Below are positions 33,623 through 45,900 of a stretch of 64,000 nucleotides of DNA, piece after piece. Source of the DNA: Diplonema japonicum (taxonomy: Eukaryota; Protista; Euglenozoa: Diplonemea); assembly GCA_964019335.1 (NCBI GenBank), contig OZ025754.1, positions 62,001-126,000 on the forward strand, in the 5' to 3' direction. The notes under the pieces are model-generated. The model searched no databases, was not told the origin of the DNA, and was given only the letters and a program-made list of their open reading frames with translations. The translations under genes and the position numbers were made by a program. How positions within the stretch are numbered: the first letter of the stretch is position 1; each line of letters opens with the position of its first letter.

Positions 33623-36600
33623 ACACCGTTTTTGCCGCCAGTGCAGCATGCCACGAAGCGGATCTGTTGCTGTTGGTGGCCCGCTCTGCAAAATCTTCAC
33701 CTGTGGTTTGAGGTAAAAAAAATTATTATTTTTTTTTTTTTTTTCCCCCCATACTCAGATAGTGTCTCGAGATGACGCCCTCCGAAATGGGGTAGAACGC
33801 CCCCTCTGCCCACAGCCTCCATTGCTGCTCCGACGCGGAGTCCGGTGGTTGCTCCTGGTGGTTCATACTGCGCAGCCCGTCATCAAGACGGTACCCAATG
33901 ACAACAGGAACGGGCGCGTGCTGTCCGGCCTCAATGAGCCTCCAAGGGTGGTCCTTGATGTCCTTCCCATCAATGATCGGACCGTAAGGGCACGCTGTGA
34001 ATTTTTTTTTTTTTTTTTTTTTTTTTTTTCCCGTCACATACGATGCTCACCGCAAGTCATCCACGCGGCCCCACTACATCCCTCCTTTCCTTCCCTGCAC
34101 TTGTACAGTTGCGTGCCTGTTGTTGTGACAGATATGGCACGGGCTTGTTTCATGCACTTTAAGTCCCCCTTCGGGCACGTTCCCAATTCGGTGATGATGC
34201 TCCGTGACTGTGCGGCTGCCGTGTCGTACGTCTTCGCGGTGAAAGCGGACACAGGAGGGGACTGCATGACAGCCTTGTGGAACAACCCGTACGAACCAGG
34301 CGACGTGAGGTGAATGGCAACAGATGCCGCGCCCGACGACTGCCCGAAGATGGTAACGCTTGAAGGATCCCCTCCGAATGTTTTGGCGTTCGCCTGCACC
34401 CATTGCAAAACCATACGCTGGTCCAACACACCGAAATTAAAGGTCTCGTTCAGCTCCGGGTGGTGAAAGTACCCCATACTGCCCACACGGTAGCTAGGAG
34501 TCACCACAACCACACCCTCGACAGCGGATACAACGGACTTTCCTATGTGACGATCTGGGCGGGAGTCTGACCCACAGCCGCCATGGAACCATACCACTAC
34601 CGGGTAGAGCTTTTCACCTGCCGCACGACGCTCTGCTGGGATATCCACATCAACGTACAGACAGTCCTCAGACCCACCTGAACTGTCGACGCATCCAGGC
34701 CTTCTCCGTGATTCCCTGACACCTGACCACCCTGTTGTGTATGGAATCGGGGGGCTCCATCGTCTCTCGCCCGTCGGTGGTTCCGCGTACGGTATCCCCG
34801 CAAAGGTGTACCCCACCGCGCTGCCATATTGGTCGTAGAACGCCTCGCCTCGCACGATACCTGTTGGGATGCGTACTTTGATCTCGTCGGTGTCGAAAGA
34901 GGCCTTCTGCGTGGAGAGCATTGACGGGATGAGCCACAACGCCATGATCACCGTGAAGATCATGAGGTACGGTTTCATGCCGGACTGTCTTGTGTAGATG
35001 ACGGATGAACCGGAGGCAACCTGCGAGCCGGCGAGCTCGGGGGCAACACGTTTTGCGGGTTCTGCGGGAAGCCCCGCGTAGATTTCGTCTTCACCCACCT
35101 CGCCTCCCTTGAGGACTTGTGAATTTTCCATCACGACACCGCCGTCGAGGATTATACCGCCTGGCTGGACGAGAGCGCCTGCACGCATGGTCGCCTTGTC
35201 TTTAAGTTCTGTCTTGGCAAGCTTTATGACCATGTTTTCAACAGTGTGGCATGTCACGTCACATTTTACCCCGACGGAGCAGTAATCGCCTGCTGAGAAC
35301 AAATCGTATTCCAAACCGTACCCGAGCATGCACACGTCCTTGCCCATCTTAGACCCCATCGACCGGAAGAACCAAATGATGAATGGAGTGCCGCCAATGT
35401 CGTCTAGAAGCTTCCCGATCGCCTCTTTAACAGCCATCATGATGACCCATTTGCGGTGGTACTGTCCGTAGAAAGGGTAGTTGCCTTCCTTGTACTTTCC
35501 AACCACGCACCATTTGAACACGATGAACAAAAGCGTCTCGAGGATTTGAACCACACAATACGCGGGCGGGGTGACCAATATGGTGATGGCCCATGACAGC
35601 GCGACAGAATAGCTATCCTCTGCTTGAAAGACCTCCAGCTGCTCCATCCATATCCAGACCAATATGGTAAGTAGATCTGCGACTGCAGGAAGCGGGGCGA
35701 TAAACATAACGGTCAGGATATTGAAAATATTGAACATCCCCCACGTGTAGTTATTCTGATGGTTTTCAAGCGCGCGGATTGCCATGTCACGCTCGACGGG
35801 TGGAAGATGTGAAAGGTTCGCCTTGTTCGAAGGGTCGCCGGATAGAACACGAAGCTGAACGGGCTTGCCCTGTTGGTTGCCGGTTGAGATCGACAGATCG
35901 GGGAACTTGTGGAACTTTGCTCCAACAGTCGAGGATCCACACAAAGCACCGCGTCCTACAACACACCCTGGCATCAGAGTGGAATGATCCAGTACCTGCG
36001 CGCCTTGCTTCATGAACACCTTTCTTGACTCATGATGGTCTGTTGGACACACTGTTACGTTGGAACCGAACACAGAATCTCGCCCTACCGACAATAAATC
36101 GAATTCCAGGATTTCAAGGTAATCTGTCTGAACCTTGAATCCCATGTTGACTCCGAGCATTCTGTACTTGATAGCCAGAAGTTCTGTGTTGATCCATGGC
36201 TGTGTGGCAAATCGGTACTGTTGGTGGTGTGTGAGCCGCTCTAGGAACCACTTCCGTAGGTCGAGGGAAAACGACGGGCTGTTTCGCCCCGGTTTGAACT
36301 TCCCGATGCATATCCATTTGTAAGCCACGACCATTAGGAAGAAAGTCTCCCCGACCACGAGCTTTTCTACCCACGGGATGCATAGGTATAGCAGGATGTA
36401 CTTGAGATTTGATTCATTGGAGAAACTGGACAGGCCGACCTCCCACATCCATTCCAGGAAGAGTAACGCGGGGATGAACGCGATGGTTTCCATAAGCAGG
36501 ATCAGCGGGACCAGGCACACTCTCGCGAGGTTTTGAGATGATGAAATCCCGCTCCATAAACGGGAGCCTTTTCGGAGGTCTCTGGCTGACATTCCTGTCG

Positions 36601-39600
36601 TGCTCAACGGACCGACTTCCGTTCCCGGAGCAAGTCTGGTTCCTTGTGTAACCCACCCAACCGGCAACACCCTGCAATGCTTGTTGATATGAATCGGCCA
36701 CAACGTTAAAATCCCGTTTTCGACAGAATGGGGTATGATCGTCGCTTTCTTCTCAACAACAACATCATCCTCGATGGTGATGAGGTCTGGATCGAAGACA
36801 TCATCAGTTCCTATTGACACCCTGTCGCCGATCGAGGCACCCATCGCCGATAGGTATTTGTTGAACAGCACCGTGTCCTCTACGAACGGGGAAATCATTT
36901 TAACGCTGGACTTGTGGAGATTGTTCACCAGCCACCATCGGAGGTAGAACGACCCCCACACAGGATACTCCCCAGGGTTCACCTTCCCCAACAGCAAGTT
37001 TTTCAAGGTAACGGTGTACACACACACCGCCAAAATCGTCAGCGAGATTACTATTGGAGCGAACCTCAACGCAGCCCATTTCCCCTCCGAGTAGTAAATA
37101 GAGTAGAGATACATGAACCCGGGTAGAAACGCGGCTGTGGATGCAAACGAGTCGACAAGCAGCCCGACAGCATGGAAAAGAAGAACCTTCGGGGATGTTG
37201 ATGAGTACCCACCCCATCTTTTGTATCTGTTGCCCCCAATGACGGGTCCGGTTTGCTTTGAGGTGTCTGGTTTGTGCTCGTCGCATAGCGCACCGATTTT
37301 GTGGATTGTCGGATGTTGATACATTGCAGTGGAGGGGATCATGGACCCGGTTTGCTTTCGTATCATCGTCGTGACCCTCCCGGCAAGCAAGGAGTTCCCT
37401 CCAAACTGCATGAAATTGCTGTGCACGTCGATCTTCTCAGCGCGGTTCAAGATCTTCTGCCACACAGACTCCACGATTAGCTCGTTGGGTGTCTCCGCGT
37501 ACACCACCGTTTTCTCGCTGTCATCGTCGCCAGCTTGCGGTGCTCCACCTTTCGGAGGCTTCGGAAGCGCCTTCCTGTCCAGCTTCCCTCTGTTAGTCAA
37601 AGGGAGCCTCTCCAACGGCATAATTACAGACGGCACCATGTACTCTGGGACTTTTTCTTTCAAGGTTTTCAAGAGACTTTTGACGTCGATCGTCTTGGGT
37701 TCCACATATGCGACAATTCTTGCTGAAGCGCCGGTTCCATCAACAAGAACAGCGACCTTGATGACATCTTTGCACGCACCGATTATGGACTCGATCTCTC
37801 CTAGTTCAATACGAAATCCGCGGAGCTTCACTTGGTGGTCGACACGGCCTAGGAACTCGAGGGTTGACCCGTCGGGCCGCCACCTTGCACAGTCTCCTGT
37901 TTTGTACATACGATCGCAGTCGCCCGTTTTCCTGAACGGGTTTGGAACGAACTTCTCGGAGGTCAGCTTCGGCAAACCGAGGTACCCTTTCGCAGTGGTA
38001 ACACCACCGAAATGCAACTCCCCAGGAACCCCCGCAGGTACAGGATTACCCGTTGCGTCAAGAATGTACACCTTCACATTGAGCATCGGCTTTCCAATAG
38101 GGATCTTTGTCAGAGTGTGTGAGTCCTCTCCAGGAACCAGTTTTGGGCATTCCCAATATGTCATATCCGCTTCGGTCGGGCCGTAGAGATTGTGCAGGCG
38201 GGTGGTGTCGGGGTCGAAGACCTCAAAGAATTTGTAGCATGTTTCAACGGGAAGCGCTTCGCCGCAGCAGATTACGTGCTTCATGTCTGTCGTGTAGTTC
38301 AGCCCTTCGCCGATCATGTACTCGATCAGCATTGCGAGCATAGACGGGACGTATGTGCAGACCGTTACCTTCTGTAGATTCGTGACCTGGACTAGGTATT
38401 CGGGGTCCTTCTGACCGCCTTCCTTGGTGATGACAACTTGCGAACCAAAGGGGATGGGCCAGAACAGCTCCCACTCCGATATCCCGAAGGTGAACGGGGT
38501 CTTATAGATCATCTTGTCAGATGGGGTTATGGGGTAAAAATCTTGCAGCCACTGCGCCCGTTTTACAAGCCCGCGGTGGGTCACCTCGACACCCTTTGGA
38601 AGCCCTGTCGTTCCTGATGTGTAGAATATGTAAACGTTAGTGTCAGGGCTCTGATTGAGTTCCTGCCTACGTTTTTGTGCAACGGCGGGAATGTCGACAA
38701 GGTCGGATGAAACGGTGTCGATCATGATCTTTGTCCCGCGAAAACCTGTTGGGATTTTATTTTGAAGCCTGCTGTGTGTCAGCAACACAGTGGCCTTCGC
38801 ATCGTTCATCATGTGAAGAATCCTGTCCGCAGGGTAGTCCGCGTCGATCGGCACGTAACACCCGCCTGCTAATAATGTTCCATATATCGCGATAAGCTGG
38901 AAGTGCGACCTCTCCATGAGAATAGGAACGGCACTGTCGACGCCGATCCCAAGCCTGCGGAGCTGTGTGGCGACAGCATAACACCTGCAATACAAATCGC
39001 CGTAGGTCATAGTAAGCCACAGAAGCGTTCCTGGTTCGTGATAGGTTACACATGGTGCGTTGGGGTACTCGATTGCCTGATCTTCAAAGAGATCGTGGAT
39101 GCACTTCCTGTCAGGGTACACTGCAGAAGTATTATTGAACTCTTCGATCACACGCTTTGTCTCGTCGCTGCTGCAGATCGTTAGGTCGTGCCACGCTACG
39201 CTGCTCCTGTTTATGAGCACTTCACCGACAAGGACAGAATAGTGCTCCGCTAGCCGCGAGATGGTCAGCTCGTCGAAAACTGATTTACGGAACTTAAACC
39301 CGATCTTACTAGCACGTAGATCGACGACCACCTCGATGTCAAAATCCACCTCGTTATGATCTGTCAGAACACCGTGCTCGAAATCCGGATATTCCTCGTC
39401 ACTGCATGTGAACAATACCTGAAATACTGGCGAGTATGATTGGTTGTCAGGTGATATTTCTGATGCGAGTGTAGCCCATGGAAGGGCGGCGGAGTGCTTT
39501 ACAAGCTCGGGTTTCTTCTTGTGGACCGTTGATGCCACCGCATCGAAGGTTTTCTTCCCGATTTGCGTTTCTGTGTCGTCCGGAAGCTCCAGACGAAGCG

Positions 39601-39889
39601 GCAAGAAATTTCTATTGCGCATTGCGCACCCCACCACTACATCTGTTGTTCGACTATACTTTGCTAGCAGCACCTGCAAAGCTGTGGAGAGAACTGTGTG
39701 AACAGTTATGCCCTTTCTGTAGCCAATATCACCCGGCAGCTGTATCGTATGGATTCCGCCTTCCCTGTCTTTGCTCACAGCCGGCGTTCGATGCCTGTCG
39801 GTGATCAGCTCCGTGAGAGGGGGCGCACCATCTAGATACCCCTTCCAGAACTGCAATGCAGTATGCCCTTCAGCATCGATTCCCGACAT
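33095..39889 (-). CDS. Membrane-bound NRPS-like protein: partial C - A - PCP - 3x Pls/TIGR02353-type repeats - TM - type-B carboxylesterase (~2183 aa; introns 33995-34050, 33701-33754, 33539-33626, 33353-33397)
   Basis: A-domain cores YTSGTTGLPKG, NLYGPTE, GEL, YKTGD, GRVDHQVKLRGFRIELGEIE, NRGKLDR; PCP FMQFGGNSL; three K(W)xxxGKxxxG..RxW..(M/L)GxxxG..DL repeats with TM segments; esterase FAGIPYAEPP, SEDCLY, WFHGG, GGDPSSVTIFGQSSGA. The spliced length is 6552 nt, in frame. Confidence 0.9.
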
Positions 39890-40742
39890 AGGGTGGGGAT
39901 GGGGGTGGGGGGGGGTTTCCCCTCCTCTGATTATGTGTTGGTTTGGAAAAGGGGAAAGAGGAGAAAGAACACTAATATAAAGAGGGTGGGGGGGGGGGGG
40001 GGAGGGCTATTTGGGTTGGGAGAAAAAAAAATGATAATCTTTAAATAAAAAAAAAATACACTTCACCAAAAAAAAAAAAAAAAAAAAATACACTTCACCT
40101 TTTTATCTCTACCCGATATCCTACTCTTAATTAGACCCCTGATTAGACACATATTAATGCCATTATAATAATCGAATAATAAGAGAAGAGTTTTTTAAGG
40201 TAGATATATGCGGTATATCGGCCGCCGTATACCGGCTATCAACCCCTCTGCATCAGCAGCCTGTAAATCTCTGTAATATACAAATCATTAGCACTTAGCC
40301 TTTTCACAGCATTCTGGTTTATCCAATTCCGAGGCCAGAAATTAGGTGAATACTTTAACAGAGACACTTTCAAAGGCACCAGTTTCGTTCCCAGGAATAA
40401 TTATAATAAATCCTGCAAAACCCGATCGACGACGCGGCGTGCCCTGCGAAGGGGGATAGGTTTTGCAGCTCCGGCGTCGGGTCACGAAGTTCGAGCCGTC
40501 CCTGACGGCGGCGGAGCTGTGCACGGTGACGGACTTCCTCGCGGCGGTGAAGAAGCGACCCGGGGCTGGGCGGCGCCGCGTGCCCTGCGAGGGGGATAGG
40601 TTACGAGTTACATTACTAACGCTCTTTACTTTTTTTTTTTATATATATCGTTCTTTCTTTCTTTTTAATTTATTTTTCTTTTTTTTTTTAAATATCACGT
40701 TCACCCCCCCCCCCCCCCCCCCCCCCACACACACACCGCCCA

Positions 40743-40852
40743 GACCTCTTCCTCTCCCGCCTTCGCAAATTCAATGGAACATCCGCCTTATAGAAAATTA
40801 AAAAAAAAAAGAGGCGGATATTCCATTCTGCGTAGGCGGGGGGGAGGGGGTC
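40743..40852. repeat. Imperfect palindrome / hairpin
   Basis: CCCGCCTTCGCA..AATGGAACATCCGCCT pairs with AGGCGGATATTCCATT..TGCGTAGGCGGG around an A-rich loop. Confidence 0.6.
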
Positions 40853-41932
40853 GGCCGTCGATGCACCTATTATAAACGACCCCCGCCGGGGATTCGCATC
40901 CCATAAACTTTCTTTTTTTTTTTTTTTTTTCCTTCTTTTGCAAAAATCTGCTACTTACATAACTCGCATTAACGGGAGGTGTCGTTGCGCACCTGGGGTG
41001 TCACCCCTGCTGCCCGAGTGGGCCCCTATTGGAGCCCTTGCGGACCACTAGTTCGTACCTGTGTGTGAGTTAAATATTAAAGAAAAAAAAAAAATTGTGA
41101 ACAACAAAAAACAAAAAAACAAAAAAGCCCTTTCACTGTGCCGTTGACCAACACTTGTAAAAGTGAAATGCTGTAGCAAAAAGAAAGAAGAGCAAAGGAA
41201 CTGTTATAGCATGCTTGTTCTCGGACCTTAACAACTTTCGAGCCTCTCAGTACTATTGTCTTTTTGCCTATCGGCAAGAGAGGCACCACAGTGTGTGCTG
41301 GGGTAGCAAATAATAATAATAATAATAATAACGTCCGGAAGTAAAAACAAAAGGGGGCCTTTAAAACTGTTGGTGATAACATAGCTATATATATATATTT
41401 TTTTTTTTTTCTTTTGACCCTACCTTTGAAAATACAATCCCAGGGTGGTTGTGGTAACTGAACGTTCTTGATCTGCACAACTTGAACGGGAGGGCACCGA
41501 ACGTTCTCCGGGACAAATTCAATGGAACAACAGCTTATATCCTGTGGGCATGTGGGCTGCCCCTGCTTACCGGACTCACTTCTCATTTTTCTTTGTTTTC
41601 TTTTTATTTTATATCCGAGTTTTTTCTGAGTTGGGGATAACGAACACGAAACACAAAAAAACAAACTTAAATAAAACAGAAAATTGAGAAATCGGCTGGG
41701 TGCCTCATAAAATTGGGTTGGTCACAAAGTGTTTTTTTTTTTTTTTTTTCCTTTTCTTTTTTTTCTTGTTTCTGACCTACCTTTGACCCAGACGGATTTG
41801 ACACTAGGCCGCGGAAGCTTGACATCTTTGATATAAACAAATTCAATGCAACATCCGTCCTTCGGGCTCTGCGCGGGCATAGCTTCAACCATTTTATTTC
41901 AGTTACCTCTATGGAAGCTATGGAGTACAACA

Positions 41933-41975
<43 letters not shown>

Positions 41976-42995
41976 CTTCTTCTTCTTACCCTTCCCTCAA
42001 ACCTGAAATAGAAAATCACATCAAAAGCATGTTATCGGCCCCTGACGTCGGCTGTGTCTAGTAGGTACTCCTAAGCGCAATGAAGCGAAAGATTGAGGTG
42101 CTTTTTGTGCACTCGAGTCAAATCGCCGCGTGCCCTCTGCATGTTGCAGGTGCGCTTAACATTTCTGCAAAGAAGTCATCAGTACTTTCTCGCATTCATT
42201 GCATTATCACCCCCTTTTCTTTTCTTTTCTTTTTCTTTTCCTCCTGGAAGTACCGTGTGTTTGGGTTTTTCATATGGAATATATAAAAAAAAAAAAAAAA
42301 AAGAAAGCAAGGGATATTAAACCAGAGAAGAAGAAAAAAAGAAGGGGGAAAAAAAAAAAGGTGTCTTTGAAGGGAACCTGCAGTATGTGACAGGATCGCC
42401 TAACGACAATCAACTCATCTAGTGTTTGATCCCTTCTGTCGTGGTAGTGCCTTAGGCCCGTCGTGGTATCTTTTCAGCAGCTTGGGCGTGAAACCAACTA
42501 GCGAGTTGTTGAGGATGCAATGCGTTCGCATTTGCTCCTCTAGGATCGAGTGGGTGACCTTCAAGAACGCGAAGATCGGACGAGTGGAGTAACCAAAAAG
42601 AAAAAGAAAACTAAGGGGAGGAAAGAGAAAGAGTTCCACTTTGAGAACAGGAGCCTCACATCAGGTATCGATTTTGGCAAGGGGAGGGGAGAAGGTCTTC
42701 CCCCCCCACTCATCAATACACTTTGAGCAGGGTGTGCAAACCGCACACTTGCTTGGGGGGGGGGGGGGGGGGGATCGTTTTTTTTTGGAGGAATGGGGCG
42801 GTGGCACATTTAGCGTTTGTGCAAATCAAAAAGCTTTTCAACATCCCTTTTTTTTTTTTCTCTTTTTGTTTTATTATTATTATTTTTATTTATTTTTTTT
42901 TTTTTTTTTTTGTTGTTGTTGTAAAAAGGTAAAAAAAGAGCTGGTCTTCGACTCTTTATTTACCGAAAAAAAAGAGAAAAAAAAAATCTGTTTTT

Positions 42996-45900
42996 TCACC
43001 AATCCCCCGATCTCCAGGAAGTGCGAGCGTTTTGCTTTTTCTTTTGTTTCTCCTCTTCAGTCTCCGGCACGTCGTTCACCAGTTCGTAACTAATTCTGTA
43101 GCAACCTCTCGGTACCTTTTCCAACGTTGCATAAGCCGCTGAAGAGACTACAGCAGTTGCTTCTCCAGCACACGACACCACGAATTTGAGCAACTGTGGG
43201 GATACGAAGGCTGGTGATGCATGCATGACAGTCAGAACCACGAAGCGCAGCAACATGGGCACTTTTTCAGGGAATCTCATGTATTTCTCAACCAGCGTGG
43301 GAAAAGCAGACATGTCTAGACCCTCGTAGCAAGGCTCGGTGACAAGCTCGCCAGCCCGGCCCACCTTCCCCAAGACGTTGGCCGTGGTTCTCAGAATGTT
43401 GTCCAGCTCCCCTTCATCCACCGACTTTAAATTTCTCGCCCACTGCTTCCCGATCACTCCGTAAGCACAAACAACTGTTGAAGGCGTCTCGACCAAGACC
43501 TGGATCGCCTTCTCGCACTCCACTGTGGGTACATTACATCTCTTCTCTGATGTGATGCTCTTCAAGATACGCTTTGCGGTCAAGCATGCCTCAACGTTTC
43601 CTTGAGCAAGCGCGACCGAGATTTGTTTCTGTTTCGTCTTGCACACTTCTGCAAGCAGTCCCGGGCGGTATGGTGTCAGCGCGCCCACCATAGCCGTCAG
43701 GAGCTCCGAATCCTTCGCGGCTATAAGATGCTTTACCACACCTTCCGCGTCTTCTTCTGCCGGCGGGTGGTCCGTGACCGACAGCATCTTGAAATACCTC
43801 ATCAAAACCGTTTTCGCTACCTCGAATAAACTCGGGACATCACTGAACGACGCCACCAGTTTGGCCAACCCCGGGCACGCACAAGGCGGCCACGCTTTTG
43901 AGTTCAATGTGGTCACCCCGTTGGTCCCTGCCAATGATGCCAGAACCTGGCCAGCAATATATATATTCTCGTCAGTTCTGGAGAGGGAGATGGACTGCAT
44001 ACGGTCCCACAGGGCAGGTGCATCTTGTAGAACAGGCGTGGCAACTAAGGAGCACAGCAGGGCAACCTTTGTTGAGGTGAACATCATCTCTTCTGCGGTT
44101 GAAACACATGAATCGCTGTCTGAGCCGAGCAGGACCCACCCGCCTTCCTTCCACTCCATCTCCACGAACCTCTCGATGTCTGCTGGTGCAAGTAGCTTCA
44201 CACAACACCTTCCTAGTTGAGACCTTGCGCTTGCCTTGGTCGAGCTGCGTTGCAAAACGTCCTTCAGCAGGCCGGCTGCGGTCTTTGGTGGTAGGCAGGC
44301 CAAGGCACATGCTGCGGAAGGGATGGCCACCTTGCTGGAGACACCAACATCGATGTGTTGTGTTATGACCCTCAACGCCGCTTCTCCTTCGTGTACCGTC
44401 CGCAAAGCTAGCAGGAGTTCCAGGCACAGCTGGGCTGCCCTTGACCCGTGAATTGTGGCAGTTGTCAGCTTGTCTGATTTTACAACGTTGTCCTGCTCCT
44501 TCGTGGTGAGCTTCCTCGTCGCTTCCCTGTCCGTGACTGCTTGCTTGAAGAAGATATTGAAAGGGTGTTTGTCATCGGTGATTTTCGGGATGTTGGGTGC
44601 GCTCCCCATGGCGCAGGCCACCCAGAGCTTTTCAGCCTTCGAACGGTGATCGTAGTCCTTGTTCGTGTTCCAAGCACTGTCGCAACTTAGGTGTGACACG
44701 TCGAAACCAGTGGGAACCACCCAGTTGTCCCAGAGATATTGTTGAACCTTGGGCGGCAATAGGTAGACCGATGATGACACTGTTGTGGTCTGCCCACCAA
44801 AACGTGCTTTACGCACACCGGTTGCAAGGCCAGGGAGGAGCCAAGGAAGGGTTTTAGACATGGGTCCCATCAGCCGTGGAACTTCGTTGGGGCGGTGTTC
44901 TAAGACGTACTTCTGGAAGGTACTGCTTTCCCTGAACAGCTCGGACGGGGTGACCTTCCCAAGCCCCGCGGAGAGCATCTGGTCCAGACGCCTCAACCTG
45001 AAATGTTTCGGGTCCAGCATGGCGCTGACGGCGATCTCAGCATGTTTGATGTCGACGTGCTTCTTGATGAACTCAGCTGTCTCGGGGAGCTCGCGGAATC
45101 CAGTGGGCAGGCTCAGGTTTTTCTCGGGTGTCGAACAGTTCTCGAAAAGGTCCAGCAACGCCCGTATTACCCTTTTTTTGTTCTCGGAAATTGGTGAGTG
45201 TTCCGCCGCTTGGCGCACATAACGGGATACACCGTCGCAGCTAATTTTCGCTTTTTTCATCCTGTCGATGAGCCCCAAGACAGGGTTGGCGGCCCATCCT
45301 TCAAACTTCGCGTTGGCGGTTTTGGTTGAGTTCTTCAAGGCCTTCGTGTTCTTGTGTCGTTTGGCTGCACGGTGACCGCGCTGAAACCTGAACCGAGGTC
45401 TAGCTGTTTTGGACGAAGCCGTGTGGATACGTTCTGGATTGTCACGTTTTGGTTCACAGCGTATCATGCATATCCCCACGCCATCTTTCGGGGAGATAAC
45501 ACCGAGTGCGTGTTTGAAAATTCCTTTCGTGCTCGGAGATGGGCTCCCAATTGCGTTCAGGAGTTCCGTTATGTCGTAAGGTGTGTAGGAACTCTCCCAA
45601 GTATATGTGCTCTTGGGGATAGCCGCCCAGTTTATCACCGCCTTCACAGTATCTTCGACAAATTCGAATTCAATACCCGTCATATCATCCATGTTTGCGA
45701 TGAGATGTGTCTTGCACATTGCTACGACGTCTGAAGGCACCGCGCCTGTTTGTTTGTTGGCTTGGGCCAACAGTGCAGAACAGCAGACTTGTAATATCGG
45801 TCGTTGATCTTTGACAGACTTTGGAGGGATCGCTGCAATGTACTCCGATATGCGTTTTGCCCCGTCTTCTGGAGAGTAGTGCCGTCCGACCTTCTTCAGC

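Noticed and set aside
37329-38186. 285-aa plus-strand ORF and other long antisense ORFs over the NRPS, 930-aa, ankyrin and TOP3B genes
   Set aside because: They are shadow frames of GC-rich or repetitive sense genes with no independent motifs.
41077-42809. Short ORFs between the NRPS and the 1690-aa gene as missing NRPS upstream exons
   Set aside because: No condensation-domain motifs (HHxxxDG) or consistent splice path; the region looks like decayed repeat fragments.
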